A stretch of DNA of 64,000 bases, from assembly GCA_024137785.1 (NCBI GenBank), contig JAHRHZ010000058.1, positions 19,951,349 to 20,015,348 on the forward strand, in the 5' to 3' direction. Position 1 is the first letter of the stretch. The number at the start of each line of letters is the position of its first letter. A program made the position numbers and the translations under genes. This DNA is from Ginglymostoma cirratum. Lineage: Eukaryota. Positions 39,501-52,739 of the stretch are shown piece after piece. The notes under the pieces were generated by a model. It was not told the origin of the DNA. It ran no database searches and saw only the letters and a program-made list of their open reading frames with translations.

Positions 39501-41571
39501 TGACTGTGCTGCAGCTAATGGCAATGCCAGAGTAAATCTATTTGATTTTCTAAGGCAAGACCCAATAAAATGAATCTTTTCCATGGCTCACTTCAGCCAA
39601 TCCATTGTTACTCCCTATGTGAGACACAAGTGATACTAAATAATAATCATTCTACACCACTAAGTGTACCATAAAAGCAAATGGATTTGTATTTTCATTT
39701 ATTTATTCCACTCCATCTGTCCTGCCAGCTAACTTTCTCAATTGTTTTGTAGTTTTTCTTATGATTTATTTGCTCACATGGGCCCCATGAACCATAATCC
39801 CTGACAACCAAGAACGCTGGAGAGCTATTTCCACACCATATTTCACCAGTCAGCAGCTGCAATGAATGAGACACTAGATTGCTGGTTTCTCTCCTTTTAA
39901 ACAAACCACTGTCCCCATTTAGCCCTCACTCTTATGGTGTGGATATATACTGCAGCTACCATTTGAAAAATTGTGAACAGAAATTTTTACACCAAAGTTT
40001 TGAAAACACGACATCTGATTTGATATATTTTATGTCATGCCTGTTTGTTTTCTCTTTCTTTTCCAATTATTGCACTGTACTTTCCTTGAACACTTCAACC
40101 AACTTATGCTACCTCCAATATTTCACCCAAATAACTGTTATTCCTACGTGAATCTACATAGTGAATGTTGGGCATAAAATTTAACTGTAAAAATCATCAA
40201 AGCCAAGTTCGCTTTTGACTTCACTTGACACTCAAACATACACAATTCGTAGCAAGAATTAGTGAATACCTAACAGAACAGCAGCAATGGACATTTAGGT
40301 AGTGATTGTGATTAGTGTGTGAACACTAGCAAATTTCTCCTTCACAAGTCTAGAGATGCTGAGACCATTTGTTTCATTGCCATCACAAATGTCTCAATAT
40401 CAATTGTATGAACACTGTCCAGGGATGAATCCTGTGGCTTTCTCATCTTTATTTTGGTGTTACAAAAGAGCAATTGTTTTTACCCACCAATTTATTAGCA
40501 TAGCCATAAAAATGGAAATATTCCTGTGTAAATAATCACTTAGTGCAGCATGTGTTTTAGTCATGTACAACGCATTACATATGACTTCATCTCAGCACAC
40601 TTATATGTGTATATATAATTTATATACAGACTCTGTGATATATAGAATAGCATGAAAAGTAATTATCTATTACTATTGCTTATTATTATTGCCACTTCCA
40701 CTGTCATTGCTATTGGGAACAACATTGATTTGTTCTCAGGCATTTCGATGACAACAAACCTTTTGCCCCACCTGCATGTGTATTAGTAATTCTCACATAC
40801 AGGTTTTATATTTCTTCTCCTGTTTTCTAGTCAGAGATTTTAAAAAAACACATCGGTGGCAGTGTTATCCCAGCATCCACAGGACTGTGCAAGTTATCTA
40901 GTTAAACTGCAGACTTTATAGATTTTAAATCTTTATAAATTTAGTTAAGCTATATAACATGTGGAGTGATGATTTATGTTGATAATGAAAACACATGCAC
41001 ACAACACACACAACACATACATACATACACAAGCACTTTGTTTTAATGTTAACTTTATGCAACACAATCTGAAATGTATTTAGTCACTTGAAATTGACGT
41101 TATTCATTTGGAATGATTGCTATGTCAATAATCTGATGTCAATAGAACCTTATCAATAACCAGTACATCAAGGGTAATTTCCACATTTTCTGTGCACAAC
41201 CTTTCTAAACAGACTCTATACACTTGAGGATCAACCTTACCCTACTGCTAGTCTCTTTGGCCGTACATCCTATTGGACTCCATAAGTCCCATCCACAATT
41301 CCTCTGTACACAATGGGTATGTATCGATCACATTAATATACAATGTACCCATATGCCTAGATATAAATAGCACTGATCAGTAACACTCAAGCAATGTACA
41401 TCACTTATTTTATAAGGGCTGTAGCTCAGATTTGTCAAGGAGGATATGTTACAGGGACTAACGCATCTGCTGCAATTTTGTTTGTCCTTGATTTTTCTAT
41501 TTCTCTCTCTCTTTCCCACACACACATATTTAATTACACACAAAATAAATCTTTATTTTTCTCATATGCAG

Positions 41572-41641
41572 ATCTTCTTTCTGCTTCTCACAGCTTTCTC
41601 CAAGATAATATTATAGAAGTATTTAATAAACTTGAAGGGAA
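41572..41641 (+). other. PRRX1: Candidate alternatively spliced PRRX1 exon (OAR-removing)
   Basis: Acceptor ctttatttttctcatatgcag. In frame with exon 3 it reads (G)SSFCFSQLSPR*. Weak donor aa|gtaaca; 70 bp. Confidence 0.4.
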
Positions 41642-41892
41642 GTAACAAATGAGAACAAAAATATGCTATTGCAGTACAAGAAAAGGCACGGGAAATATCA
41701 TTGCTAGCTGGGTGATATATATCATACTCCATTGTTGACTACAGGATATTTTAATTGTAGCAGCTGAAATAGGCTTATAATTGGAAAGAAAATGTGTTGA
41801 ATTTAAAATGTTTTGTTAAGGTTTCTTTTCCTTCATGACATTTCAAATCATGTTTATTTATGATTATTTTTACTATCTGATAACCATCATCA

Positions 41893-42580
41893 GCATATAT
41901 TTTATAGCACCTTTAGTGTAATAATGTGTGTCCCCCAAATTGCTCAGCATGCACTTCAAAGAACAAAATACGACATCAAACCACATAAGTGGATTTAAAG
42001 TCAGATGACCAAAAACTCAGTCAAACAGGTAGGTTTTAAGGTATTATCTTAAAGGAGGAAAGTGAGCTAGACAGGCAGAGACATGAAGAGAGGGAATTCC
42101 AGAGGTAGGATCTACCCAAATGAGGGGAGCTGCTGATTTAAAATTAGGGGTGCTAAGCAGAAGAGAATTAGATAAGCACAGATATCTTACAGGTTATTGG
42201 GCAGGAGAAGATTACAGAGATTGGGAGGGGTGAGAACAAAGAAATGAATATTAAAATCAAGGTATTGTATTTTGCCTGATACTAAGTGAGCACATGAGTG
42301 GTTGATGAGCAAGGCTGGCTGCAGACTAAGAAATAGTTAACAGAATTTTGGATGAATTCAAGTTTATGCAGGCCCAAATATGGAAGACTGGCCAGAACCT
42401 CATTGCAATAATTAAGGCTAGAGGTAACAAAGGAATGAATGACAATTTGAGAACCAAAAGAGCTGAGACAGGGATGAAGCTGGGAGATGTTATGATGGTG
42501 AAATCACCTGTCTCAGTAATTGAATAAATTTGTGGTCAGAAACTCACCTTGGGGTTAAGTATCATACAAAAGCTATTAAG
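41893..42580 (-). mobile_element. Decayed L2-type LINE 3' fragment
   Basis: catatatttatagcaccttt tail; cattgcaataattaaggctagaggtaacaaaggaatgaatga is antisense to an L2-type IHAFVTSRLDYCN motif. Confidence 0.65.
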
Positions 42581-45016
42581 ATCCAATGAACATTCAAATG
42601 TCCTGGATTCATTTGTGAGTCACTTAGAACACTGTTAGTCATCCTAATAGCCTGTCTATGAACATTTTATTTGTGTAGTAAAAGAAGGGGAAAAGATAAG
42701 TGCAAAGGTATGAATGCTATATCTGGGTAACTAGGAAGTTACTAGTATTTTGAGCAATGCATAAATAAGTAAAATATTGCACTGAACTCTGGGTTAGGAG
42801 CTGTGCCTGTCAGTTGGTATATCATGTCTTTCGTTTGTATTGGTTGGTTGTGTTGAAATATGTCCTCTTCAATGGTAAATATACGACAGTCACAGCATTG
42901 ATACATTGACTCTTCTCCATTTCTTCAATGCAAACTATAATATAATTGACTAGTAATTTGTTGATTATTTAAATTTTGGTTTGTAGGTAGCCTCTCCCCA
43001 CAGGCACAAAATAGTTGATAATGAGAAAGAGGTGTCCCCCTCGTGCAAGCGATTGTTTATGCCTTGGGTAATGTCTCACTCAGGCAGAGCTATCTATACA
43101 TGGTAGTGGCTTTAATTTGCATGACTTATACTTAATTCATATAGGCTTGACTGCAGTCAATGGTTAGCTATATTTTAAACAGTAACAATAACATTTAAAA
43201 TGATTAATGTCGTCCACTATAATTGTAATGTTATTAACACGCTAACAGGTCAGTCAGCTCTTCACGAAATTAAATATTTTCTTTAACGGCCTCTGAATGG
43301 TGAAGGTTATACCATGTTACAATGCAATTTGAGCACATATGTTTAAGGTAGGAAGGGAAGAGACGAAAATATAACCACATCAATCTAAAGCAAACGCCTG
43401 TAACGGTGTAAAACTTTATGAGTATTCCTGGTATTAAAGAATGAATAACTAAAGTAAAAATTAATGCGGTGAAGTAAATAATTTCACTGTTCCAAACGGG
43501 GCGGTTTTCTTTAGAGAAAATGTTACCATTTCACGAGTGTGACGAACAATAAGCCAATAAGCCATGCGAAGTTTGTATCGTGTCTTTAGTGTCATAAGCA
43601 TACTGAAGTCTCTTTGAAGTGCAAAGACCATCCTTGTGTAAGTGCACAGGATATGATATGAGAGAGCCTGGGCTTCTCAGGGACCTTCATCGTGTTTTAA
43701 ATTACTGAAAGGGCTACATGCAACATGACCATATGTGACCATAAGGCAAGTGTAGGCGTTTGATGCGGAATTTACCTACGAATTAAAATTAAATGATTAA
43801 AGGTGGCTGAAATTTGGTTGCAAAACTAAAGTTTCAAACGATCAGATCGCTCATCTATATAAAAAAACAGTTGGACAGTGTCTCTCAGAAGTCCAAAGCT
43901 TTTCCTAATTCTCCCATCTTTTTCATAAAACTCTGAGCTGGAATGGGGTGCATTTTAAAATTACAAATAGTGAAATACTACACATACAAATTCCGAGAGA
44001 CTAAGAACCGTGCGTATGCTAACCGCAGTAATATGCCATGTTCCTGGCTTAATAGGTGACAATAAGTGAAAGGCGACAGAGGCCAATTAGGAAGAGCAAA
44101 AAGAAATTCCCCTACTGATCGGATGGCATCCAACACTTAAAAAATGTGTTACCTGGAGATTTAACTCTTACAATACCTTACAGGGAGTGTGCATGAGATT
44201 TTAATATTTTAGGAGCCTATACAATTAAATATAACGGTGAGTAGTTCTCACAACCACAGAGTTTGAATTGAGATTAAGAAACCGTGAAATGCAGAGCAAA
44301 ACTCTGGATCATGTTCACTTCTCCTTGGCCAACACCCTTTGCTGTTCCAGCAGTACTACGATCTCTCACACATACCGCTCCCAAAATATTGAGGGTACAC
44401 TGTATATTCACTCTCTGGAGCTCTTCTCATTTCAGGTCCTGATCCAACTAAGCGCCAGAAATTGTTAATAGGTCGCTTGTTACAGTTTTATTCTGAGCTT
44501 CCGCCTCCTCCTTTCACTCTCCGACCCGACGTAATAATAGAAGCGATTGGAACCGGTGCGAACATCCATACAAACCTGTTCTAAAGAATTCAACCACCAA
44601 AAGTCGTTTATTTCATACCATTAGTTTATTGTTACTGCAGTTTAAATGGGATATTGCTTTGCACAGCAAACGGAGACCCTTATTTCCTCCTATGAAATGT
44701 TTTAGACGAACAAATCATTGTCTACAGTGGAAAGTATTAAGTTGCCAATGGGTGACATATTTTACAAAATAGCTGTGGTATTTGTTTTTACCAATAAGTG
44801 TTGCCTACCTGAACCTAACACGTTCTCTATTCACCCTGATATAAAAATCCCTCATATGAAAAAATCTTAAGGCAGACTCTTGATAGTGCTTGTAATTCCA
44901 CCAGTAATTTGAAAAAGTTGTTAAGCTTTAGTACATGTACAAAAATACTGTAAAATAAAATCTTACCAAGAAAATATTTATGATGGCTAGTTAACATCCG
45001 TGTCTTTGCCCCGCAG

Positions 45017-45155
45017 TGCTATGGCCACGTACTCCTCCTCTTGTGCTACCACTAACCCTACTCAAGGAATGAATATGGCCAACAGTATTGCAAACCTTCG
45101 TCTCAAGGCCAAAGAATACAGCTTACAAAGAAATCAGGTGCCCACCGTAAACTGA
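45017..45155 (+). CDS. PRRX1: PRRX1 terminal coding exon (OAR/aristaless domain); absent from the ORF track
   Basis: ctttgccccgcag| AMATYSSSCATTNPTQGMNMANSIANLRLKAKEYSLQRNQVPTVN*. Phase matches exon 3. Total CDS 741 nt = 246 aa + stop. Confidence 0.97.
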
Positions 45156-45286
45156 GCGTCCTTCATGGACTATAGCAACCACGGGTCCTTCTATTCCCTG
45201 CAACCAGACAGCATCAGCAAATTATCTCACGGAAGGACAAGGACACAAAACTATAAACAGCAACAAATATCCCAGTACAACAGGCA

Positions 45287-45815
45287 AATAAAAACAAGGA
45301 CACGCACAAATACTTGACCTGTATAGAGCCAGAATTGCTGACGCGTTTCATCCCTGTGGATTTTTAATAAAGACAAGAGTAAGTATATATTCCAGTTTTG
45401 TCAAAATCTTTTCCATCCTGGATTTAAGATACTGGGACACAACTGTCAAACTTTGGCTAGACCAATTGCAAGATTTTTTTTTGTTGTGTGTATGTTTTAA
45501 ATGGGCTTTTATTAGGTTTCCAACTGTGTTGTATTAAAGTTATATTGTATTGTTTCTATACAGATTTTACATTTTGTATCCCATGACAAGGTTATTGTTA
45601 GCAATGCATCTTTTTTCTATAGAGGCAAGCTTGATAAGGCAATCTTTTTGTTGACCAAACTATTTTTGAAATAAGGCAAATCTGATTTCCTATTCTGTCT
45701 ACGTCTGTAACAGCCTTTACCGATTCTTAAAGGAAAAACGATTCTGTTGTGTACAATAAAGGAACAAGCACTCAAAAGACGTGGGTTTATATCTGACTAG
45801 AAATGCATCAATAAA
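45287..45815 (+). terminator. Candidate PRRX1 polyadenylation signals (AATAAA at 45287, 45366, 45755, 45810)
   Basis: Hexamers in a U-rich 3'UTR-like region. Which one is used cannot be determined from sequence. Confidence 0.4.
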
Positions 45816-46524
45816 TTATTACGAAAGTATTGTTGGTGCCAAATGGGTCTTTTTTAAAACTGATTGCTTTATTTTATTTTTTAATAATAACGCTATATAC
45901 ACGAGTCAAGCAGACAAGATACACTGGGCATTTAAAATATTTTGATTTTATACATACAGAGACTCAAATTGCTTGTTTGCTTTTTGATGCCCCAGTTTTT
46001 AAAGTTCTGCAGCGTATATGAAGATAATTGCACAAAATGCGCTGGGCGGCCATCCTTTCCCACACTGCATCCTTTCCCAACTCTCTCCCAGTGCACATGC
46101 ACCCCATCTCAAATCTCTTATTGGCCATTTAAAAGAAAGCCAAAACTAGTTCTATAAACGTTCCTCGCTTGGCTTACTGCAGGGCGATTTCAACTGAGGT
46201 TTGGCTGTCTAGGAAATGTAAAGTTACACATCAGCCCAACATTTAGATATTATTAAAGCAGAATTGGAAGTGCGTGTAAAAAGTCCTAATATAATGACTG
46301 GTATATACCAACCAAGGCACAATGCCCCTAATTAGTCTAGGGCCTCGTCATCACTCCGCAAGAATTTGTATTGAAAGTGCCCCTCTCAATATAGTCTTTT
46401 CAGGTAATATAAGTATCGAATCAGAAGTGGGAAAAGTGGGATAAATTGAACGGAAGAGTCATCCCTTGAACAGAAATAGGTCATCCAGCGCAACTGATAC
46501 TGTATTCTATATTGAAACAAAGCT

Positions 46525-46690
46525 CTGCCGATGATGAAGATCTGAAACAAAAACAGGAATTGTTGGAGAAACTCGGCAGGCCTGGCTGCATCTGTGGAGA
46601 GAAAGCATAGTTAATATAGAAAACGTTAACTCTGCTTTCTCCCCACAAATGCTGCCAGACCTGCTGAGATTCTCCAGTAGTTTCTGTTAA
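46525..46690. mobile_element. Family-A palindromic element, centre deleted
   Basis: ttggagaaactcggcaggcctggctgcatctgtggagagaaagcatagttaa / ttaactctgctttctccccacaaatgctgccagacctgctgagattctcca. Confidence 0.8.
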
Positions 46691-47944
46691 TGTTTCCTAT
46701 GTTACTTGCCTCCGTAAACTATTTAATCTAAATCTGTAATCAAATCTCTCTAATTTCATTCCCCTCTGGCTTCTCTTCATGCATCTATGCCAATTCGCTT
46801 TGCATGAGCGAGTTTTCTATCTACTGTTAATAATTAATGTTTCGACTAAGTTTTGAAGACGAATGCAAGGTGTTAAACACCAAATATATGAAGGAGAGTC
46901 TCAAAGTACAAAATACCAGTTAGTGGCTAAGAGATTGCCATTATGAAGCTGGGAGACTGGGAAGGGATAGCAAGCCTGCTTCTCATGAGAATCGGGTGTG
47001 TGCTCCAGATATGTGTTCTTACAAGATCGAGGGAAGCTACCAGGAAAACTGAAAATAAGGCCACATTTCTTGAAGTCAAACCTGGGAGGGGTTGTTTGAC
47101 AGGACATTGCTTTAATGTTTGTTACTCTAAGAATAGACACCGAACAACGAAGTGGAACCCGCTGTAAAGTTGTTTCAAGCAGTACTTTGACCCTTGCGAT
47201 CTTCCAGACAATATCCCAAGGGGCTTACCTCGACAAGTCCACCATTCAGAATGTGTTGGCATGTTGAAAGGAGAAAAGGCATTGACCCTCGGATTTCTTT
47301 GGGTAGATATTTCCCAAAGCCTATCTGCCTGCCTTAATTCCCAACTTCCCTAAGAACAACTCGGCTGCTCCAGTGTTTCTTTCATTCAATTTTTAAAGCG
47401 GCTGTCTGCTTAAAAAAAACCTTTGAAAAGCTAAAGCAGAAAGAGGGAGGGACAGTTTGAGCAGAGTGGAGTTTAGTTTAAGGTTGTCTTCCTAGATGAT
47501 CATTCACAGTTATAAATTGTTGAAAAGTGCGGCTGACTCTTTACTCTTAACTAGTCTCGACACGTTTTGTTTTCACTTGAATTTTATTATGACAAAGGGG
47601 TTATTTGCAACGTTGCAAAAGTAGATTCAATGCAGTAACCTTCGTTTTATGTTGAAACTGTGGCTTTAACACGTTGTTACCTTATTTTAAATGCGCATAA
47701 TCATGATCGAAGTTGCTTCTTGATATAATATTTAAAAGTTTGGAGGAATTGTCAGACACTCAGAACCATGTGGCCTCCTTTTGATTGCGGTGTGCAATGT
47801 GGAACCAACGTAAACCGCCTGGGTCACTCAAAGAGGCCAGGGTCGGGGGCAGTTGTAGCAGCAGCTTTTTCGGTGGACAGGGAGGGGAAACTGTCCAGGT
47901 CAGGAACATTCAAAATGGGTACACAACAGGAGTAATATATCAAC

Positions 47945-48165
47945 AAATTACTACGGATTCTGACTATCTGAAACGGGGGGAAAAAGTGCTGGAGAAACCC
48001 AGCAGGTCTGGCAACATCTCTGTGTGAGAGAGGGACAGACTTAATGTTTTCGGTCCAGCGATCATGTATCAGAACTAAACTGGACTCGAAAGTTAACTCT
48101 GCTTCTCTCTCTCTCTCAACAGATGCTGCCAGACTTGCTGAGTTTCTTCAGAACTTTCTCTGCTT
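47945..48165. mobile_element. Family-A palindromic element
   Basis: gctggagaaacccagcaggtctggcaacatct / agatgctgccagacttgctgagtttcttcag arms; ggactcgaaagttaact remnant. Confidence 0.75.
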
Positions 48166-48364
48166 GCGATACTCAACAGGAATTATAGGGCATATTTTCA
48201 CGGGTGTGCTTCGCTCTTTCGTGCTAACTTATTAAAATATAAATTATTCTAATGATGACTCCGAAATATGACTAATTGTTTACTTTTGCATAAAGCTATA
48301 AATTCTACTTAACTTTCAATATACACATTTGCTTACTGTATGTCTACTTGGTTGTTTATTTGAA

Positions 48365-49220
48365 GGAGTCAGTGGTTCAATGGGTATAGCTAGCAGGTTG
48401 TGGATTCGAGTTCTACCTCAGAGACTTAAGCACAAAAATCCTTGGTGATACTTGAGTTCATTACTGAAGGACCGTAACACTGTCTTAAGTATGTTCATTT
48501 GCTTGACTTTGTTTATTTTTTGAATATTGCTGAAAAAAAGGGTACATTTAGTTCAAGCTTTCTATTTTGCATTCATCAGGGTCACAAGAATGCCAATTCA
48601 AGGGGAAAACCCTCATTTATACTGCTTGGTACAGCATTGTGATGGAGAATGTGCTAATTAAGGTCGATTTGACAGTTAACTGACTTTGCTTATATTTTAA
48701 ATCAGGCAATTGACTGATTGTTCAGGGCATTGCATTGTGTCTCAACAAAATAGGTGCCAACCATTTGGTGATTCATTTTCATGGGTTTTCCCTTTGCAAT
48801 GGTATTCTTGTGAATTGGCCTGATGATTGCAAGATGAAACTCCTTGGCAACATTTGTCCCTTTCCGCAAACACTTAAGTTCTGTACTAACAAATATTATT
48901 TCAATTCATTTCAATGACAACTTTGGTGCCAACAGATGTTATCAGGTATTAAATAACTCAGAGTCTATTCTGTCAAATGGATGTAAAATATTTAATTACG
49001 CTATACGGAAAGGGAGAGAAGTTTTCTCTGGCGTACTTGTTATTTACCCCTCAAGGAATATCACAATAATGGGTTATCTCGTCATTATTAAATTGCTGCC
49101 TATAGGAACTTGCTGTGCATAAATAGTCCTGCAATGTTTCCTGCATTACAAAGGTGACTAGAGTTCAAAAGAAGCTTATTGACATTCTGAAATCATGCAA
49201 GATACTATGTAAATATATTT
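48365..49220 (+). mobile_element. Deu-domain SINE split by a palindromic insertion
   Basis: Head (ggttcaatggg..ggattcgagttc) at 48365-48500. Deu-like domain and tail at 48960-49220. Confidence 0.6.
48530..48880. mobile_element. Second inverted-repeat element (family B) with hammerhead-like cores in both arms
   Basis: ttgcattcatcagg..tcacaagaatgcca..aaggggaaaaccc versus gggttttccctt..tggtattcttgtga..cctgatgattgcaa. Confidence 0.6.
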
Positions 49221-50184
49221 ATCAGTTTATGTTAACCTGCATACTTTTTCTTTATTTGTTTGCCTTGGCTTTTATCATTTACTGTCTGTACAGTTTATTA
49301 CCATATATCTCCGGGATGCTTCCCTTATTTATCCACCTATGATCATATTTAAGTTTTGTTTTATCCTGCAAATATTAATCTGCATTTATTCAACCCAGCA
49401 TTCCGCCTGTTTCTATCTCTATCCCTTTATAGAACCCTCCAGTTTTATTTGCCATTTACCATTATCTGTCTTTAATAACTATTTCTGAATTTATAGTTGT
49501 GCTTTATACACATCAAACAATGCCATATTGTAATATAATATTTTATAATACCATATATCTTGCAGTTAAATCAGGTCTTCACTCATTTACCCAATAAATC
49601 AGCAACCTATATAGTATACTGTTTAAGAAGACATTGATCCATTAATTTTAAGAAAAAAATGAATTTTACAAACTCCTCTGGCTGCTTGCAGACACTCCTG
49701 TTATTGTCAACCCTGTAAATACAGTAATAACAACAAAAAAGTGACAGAAATGTTCAGGCCGGCCAGCATCTGTAGAAATTGAATTAAAATTTCAGGTCAA
49801 TGACATTTGAACAGCAGTATAAAACAAATTACTGCAGATGCCAGAAATTTTCAATAAAAATTAAAAATGTGAGAAATATTCAGGTCAGGCAGCACCTGTG
49901 GAGAGAAACAAATAGAATACAATATCTATTTTCCATACAATGCACCCTTGGAGGTGCAATAATTTAATTTACATGGATTTGTTAGAAGGATTATGTTTGT
50001 CTCTTTACCCCATTAATCCACTCCTATGTTTTTGTCTTTACCATCTCTTTCTGCTTTTAACCCCTTCTCTCTGCCTTTTCATGCTCCTTTGTATCCCCCC
50101 ATTTTCTTTCTATGTCCTAGTATTTTCTCTCTTCCTACTTATATTCTCATCTGTTCTTCTACCTTGTTTTCCTTCATCTACATA

Positions 50185-50545
50185 GGTTCACTTTAGCTCA
50201 GTGGATAGCTTTTGTGTCAGAAGGCTGTAGGTTCCTCTTGCACACCAGAGGTCTGAGTATTAGGCTGATCATTTGCTGCAGTCTTGATGGAACTATGTAT
50301 ATTGGAGGTGCAGTTTCTTTGAATGAGACAATATATTGTGGCTGCACACTCTTTCTGGTAGATGTAAGAGGTCCTGTAACACTATTCCAAGAAGACTATG
50401 AGTTCTTAATGGTTTTCTGGGAAATATTTATTCCTGCAGCAACACAAAAATGGATTACCTGTTTATTAACTCGTTGTTGTTTATACAACCTTGTTGTGTG
50501 CAAAATGATTGTTGTGTTTCACAGTGATTACACTTCAGTCACTGT
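50185..50545 (+). mobile_element. Deu-domain SINE
   Basis: tagctcagtggatagc head; gatgtaagaggtcctgtaacactattccaagaaga domain. Confidence 0.65.
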
Positions 50546-50659
50546 CTTTGTAGTCTATTTCATCTACTTCTCTGCAATCATTCCTTAATTTCATTAGCTC
50601 TCACCTCTTTTTCTTTATCTACCTAAGCCTCTACTACTGCAAAGCAATAAAAATAAAAG

Positions 50660-52660
50660 AATAATAATATTGCAAATGTTAACAGTAAACCTGAGAATTG
50701 GAAGTGTTTTAAAGACCTGCAAAGGGGGACTAGAAAATTGCTACTAGGAAGAACATACAAAAACATATGAGAGTAAATTAACCAGGAATACAAAAACAGA
50801 TTGTAAGCTTTTACATAAATTGCATACAATGAAGACTAGATAATTAAGGGCCTAATAAGGATGAGGAATTTATGGCAATTAATATCAGAAGGGCAACTGT
50901 ATTAAAGAACCTAAAAGATTAAAAGGGAACAAATCACAAGACCTAAAGCTCAGGGTTCCAAAAGGGATGGCTGCAGAGATGGAGGATACATTAGTTATGA
51001 TTTTCTAAACTTTCCTAGGGTTTAGAATCGTTCTTGTGAATTGGAAGTTAAAAAAAATGCAACACTACCAATTAAGAAAGGAGGAAGACAGAAAAGAGGA
51101 AACTGACCAATTAGTCAGCCATCAATCATCAGAGAAATGCTGGAATGTATGATGAAGGAAGTCTTAACAATGTACTTAGAAAACAATTGTATGATCAGAC
51201 AAAGTCACCACAGCTTTGCAGAAAGGAATCATGATTGAAAAATGTATTACAGATGTTTTCAAGCTATAACTAGTTGGTAACTAGTAACTAACAAGAGAGA
51301 ACAAATAGATGTAGCATACTCAGTTTTCCAAAAGGCACTCAATGAACTGCCAGTCAAAAGGTGAATACACAAAATAAGGACTTATGGAGTTGCAACTACA
51401 TTAACATCGTTGCAGGATTGATTAAATGACTCGAGATATGGAGCATGAAAAGGAAATTTACAAGTTGGCAGGCTGTGACAAATGGGTGTCATAGGGATCA
51501 ATGCTGGGGCACACAGCAATTTATAAATTATATCAATGACTTAGATGCAGAGACAACAAATAATGTGACTAAAAATGGAAAATGCTAGAGAAACTCTGGC
51601 TGTATCTGTAGAGAGAGAAACGGAGTTTATGTTTTGAATTCCAGTGACTCTTCACCAGAACACTGTACAGCCCAAATTTCTAACAAAGGGTCACTGAACT
51701 CGAAACATTAATTCTTTTTCTATATAGATGCCTCCAGACCTGTTGAGTTTCCCCAGCACTTTATGTTTTTATTACAGATTTCCAGCATCTACAGTTCTTT
51801 GTTTTATAATAATGTGATCAAATTTGTAAATGATACAAAGTTAATTAGCACTGCAAACTGAAATTAAGACTGAAAGAGGTAGAGTCATGTTAAGTAATAA
51901 TGTTAACAAAATGGCAGATAGAGTAGAATATGAGGAAGTGTGAGGTTATTTATTTTGGCAGAAAAAACAAGGAAATAGAAAAGGATAGTTTTTAATAGGC
52001 TTGAAAAGTTTAACTGGAGTCAGAGAAATTTGGGTGTTCTCCTGGACAAATAAGATATGTTCATATTATTGCAGATGATTCAAGAATAAAGAGGTCTTGC
52101 TGCAATTATTTTCGAGCTTTGATGAAATCAGACCTTGCTTATTGTGTGCAGTTTTGGCTTCTGTATTCAAAGAAGGTTACATTTGCCTTGGAGGCAGTAT
52201 AATGAATGTTTACTAGCTTGGGTCTTTTTTGGATGCAAGTTGTCATATGTTGAGAATCTGAATAAATTAGGATTATAATCCTGGATTTAAAAGAATGAGA
52301 AGTGATCTAATTGAGACACAGAAGATTTTGAAGGAAATTGATGAGGATGAGATTTCTTTTTATTGGCTGGACAATCTAGAAAATGAGACACAGTCTCAGG
52401 ATATGGTATTGATTGTTCAGAATTTGGATAAGGAGAAATTTCTACATTAACAGCATTATGAATCTTTGGAATTGTCTCCACTGGAGGGAATAGATGTTCC
52501 AGCATTGAGCATATTCAATACACAAGTGGTAGATTATTTCAGGGAACTGACAAATATAGAGAACATACAAGAAAGCAGAATTGCAATAGATAATTAGCCT
52601 TGATTTTATTGAATAACAACGAAGGCCTGTTTGGTCTACTTGTGCTCATGTATATTATGC
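50660..52660 (+). mobile_element. Decayed CR1 LINE (RT region to 3' end)
   Basis: YINDLDAETTNNV[insertion]IKFVNDTKL; a GSMLG motif near 51495; CR1-like 3' end near 52650. Confidence 0.8.
51569..51807. mobile_element. Family-A palindromic element inserted in the CR1 RT, 10-bp TSD
   Basis: aataatgtga at 51559-51568 and 51808-51817. Removing the insert restores the RT motif. Confidence 0.8.
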
Positions 52661-52739
52661 CTTTATTTTTTGAATTAAATTGGTTATGAATGCTTTGGAA
52701 TTTCTGGAGGCCCACAAACTCATTACAAAAGTATAAATT

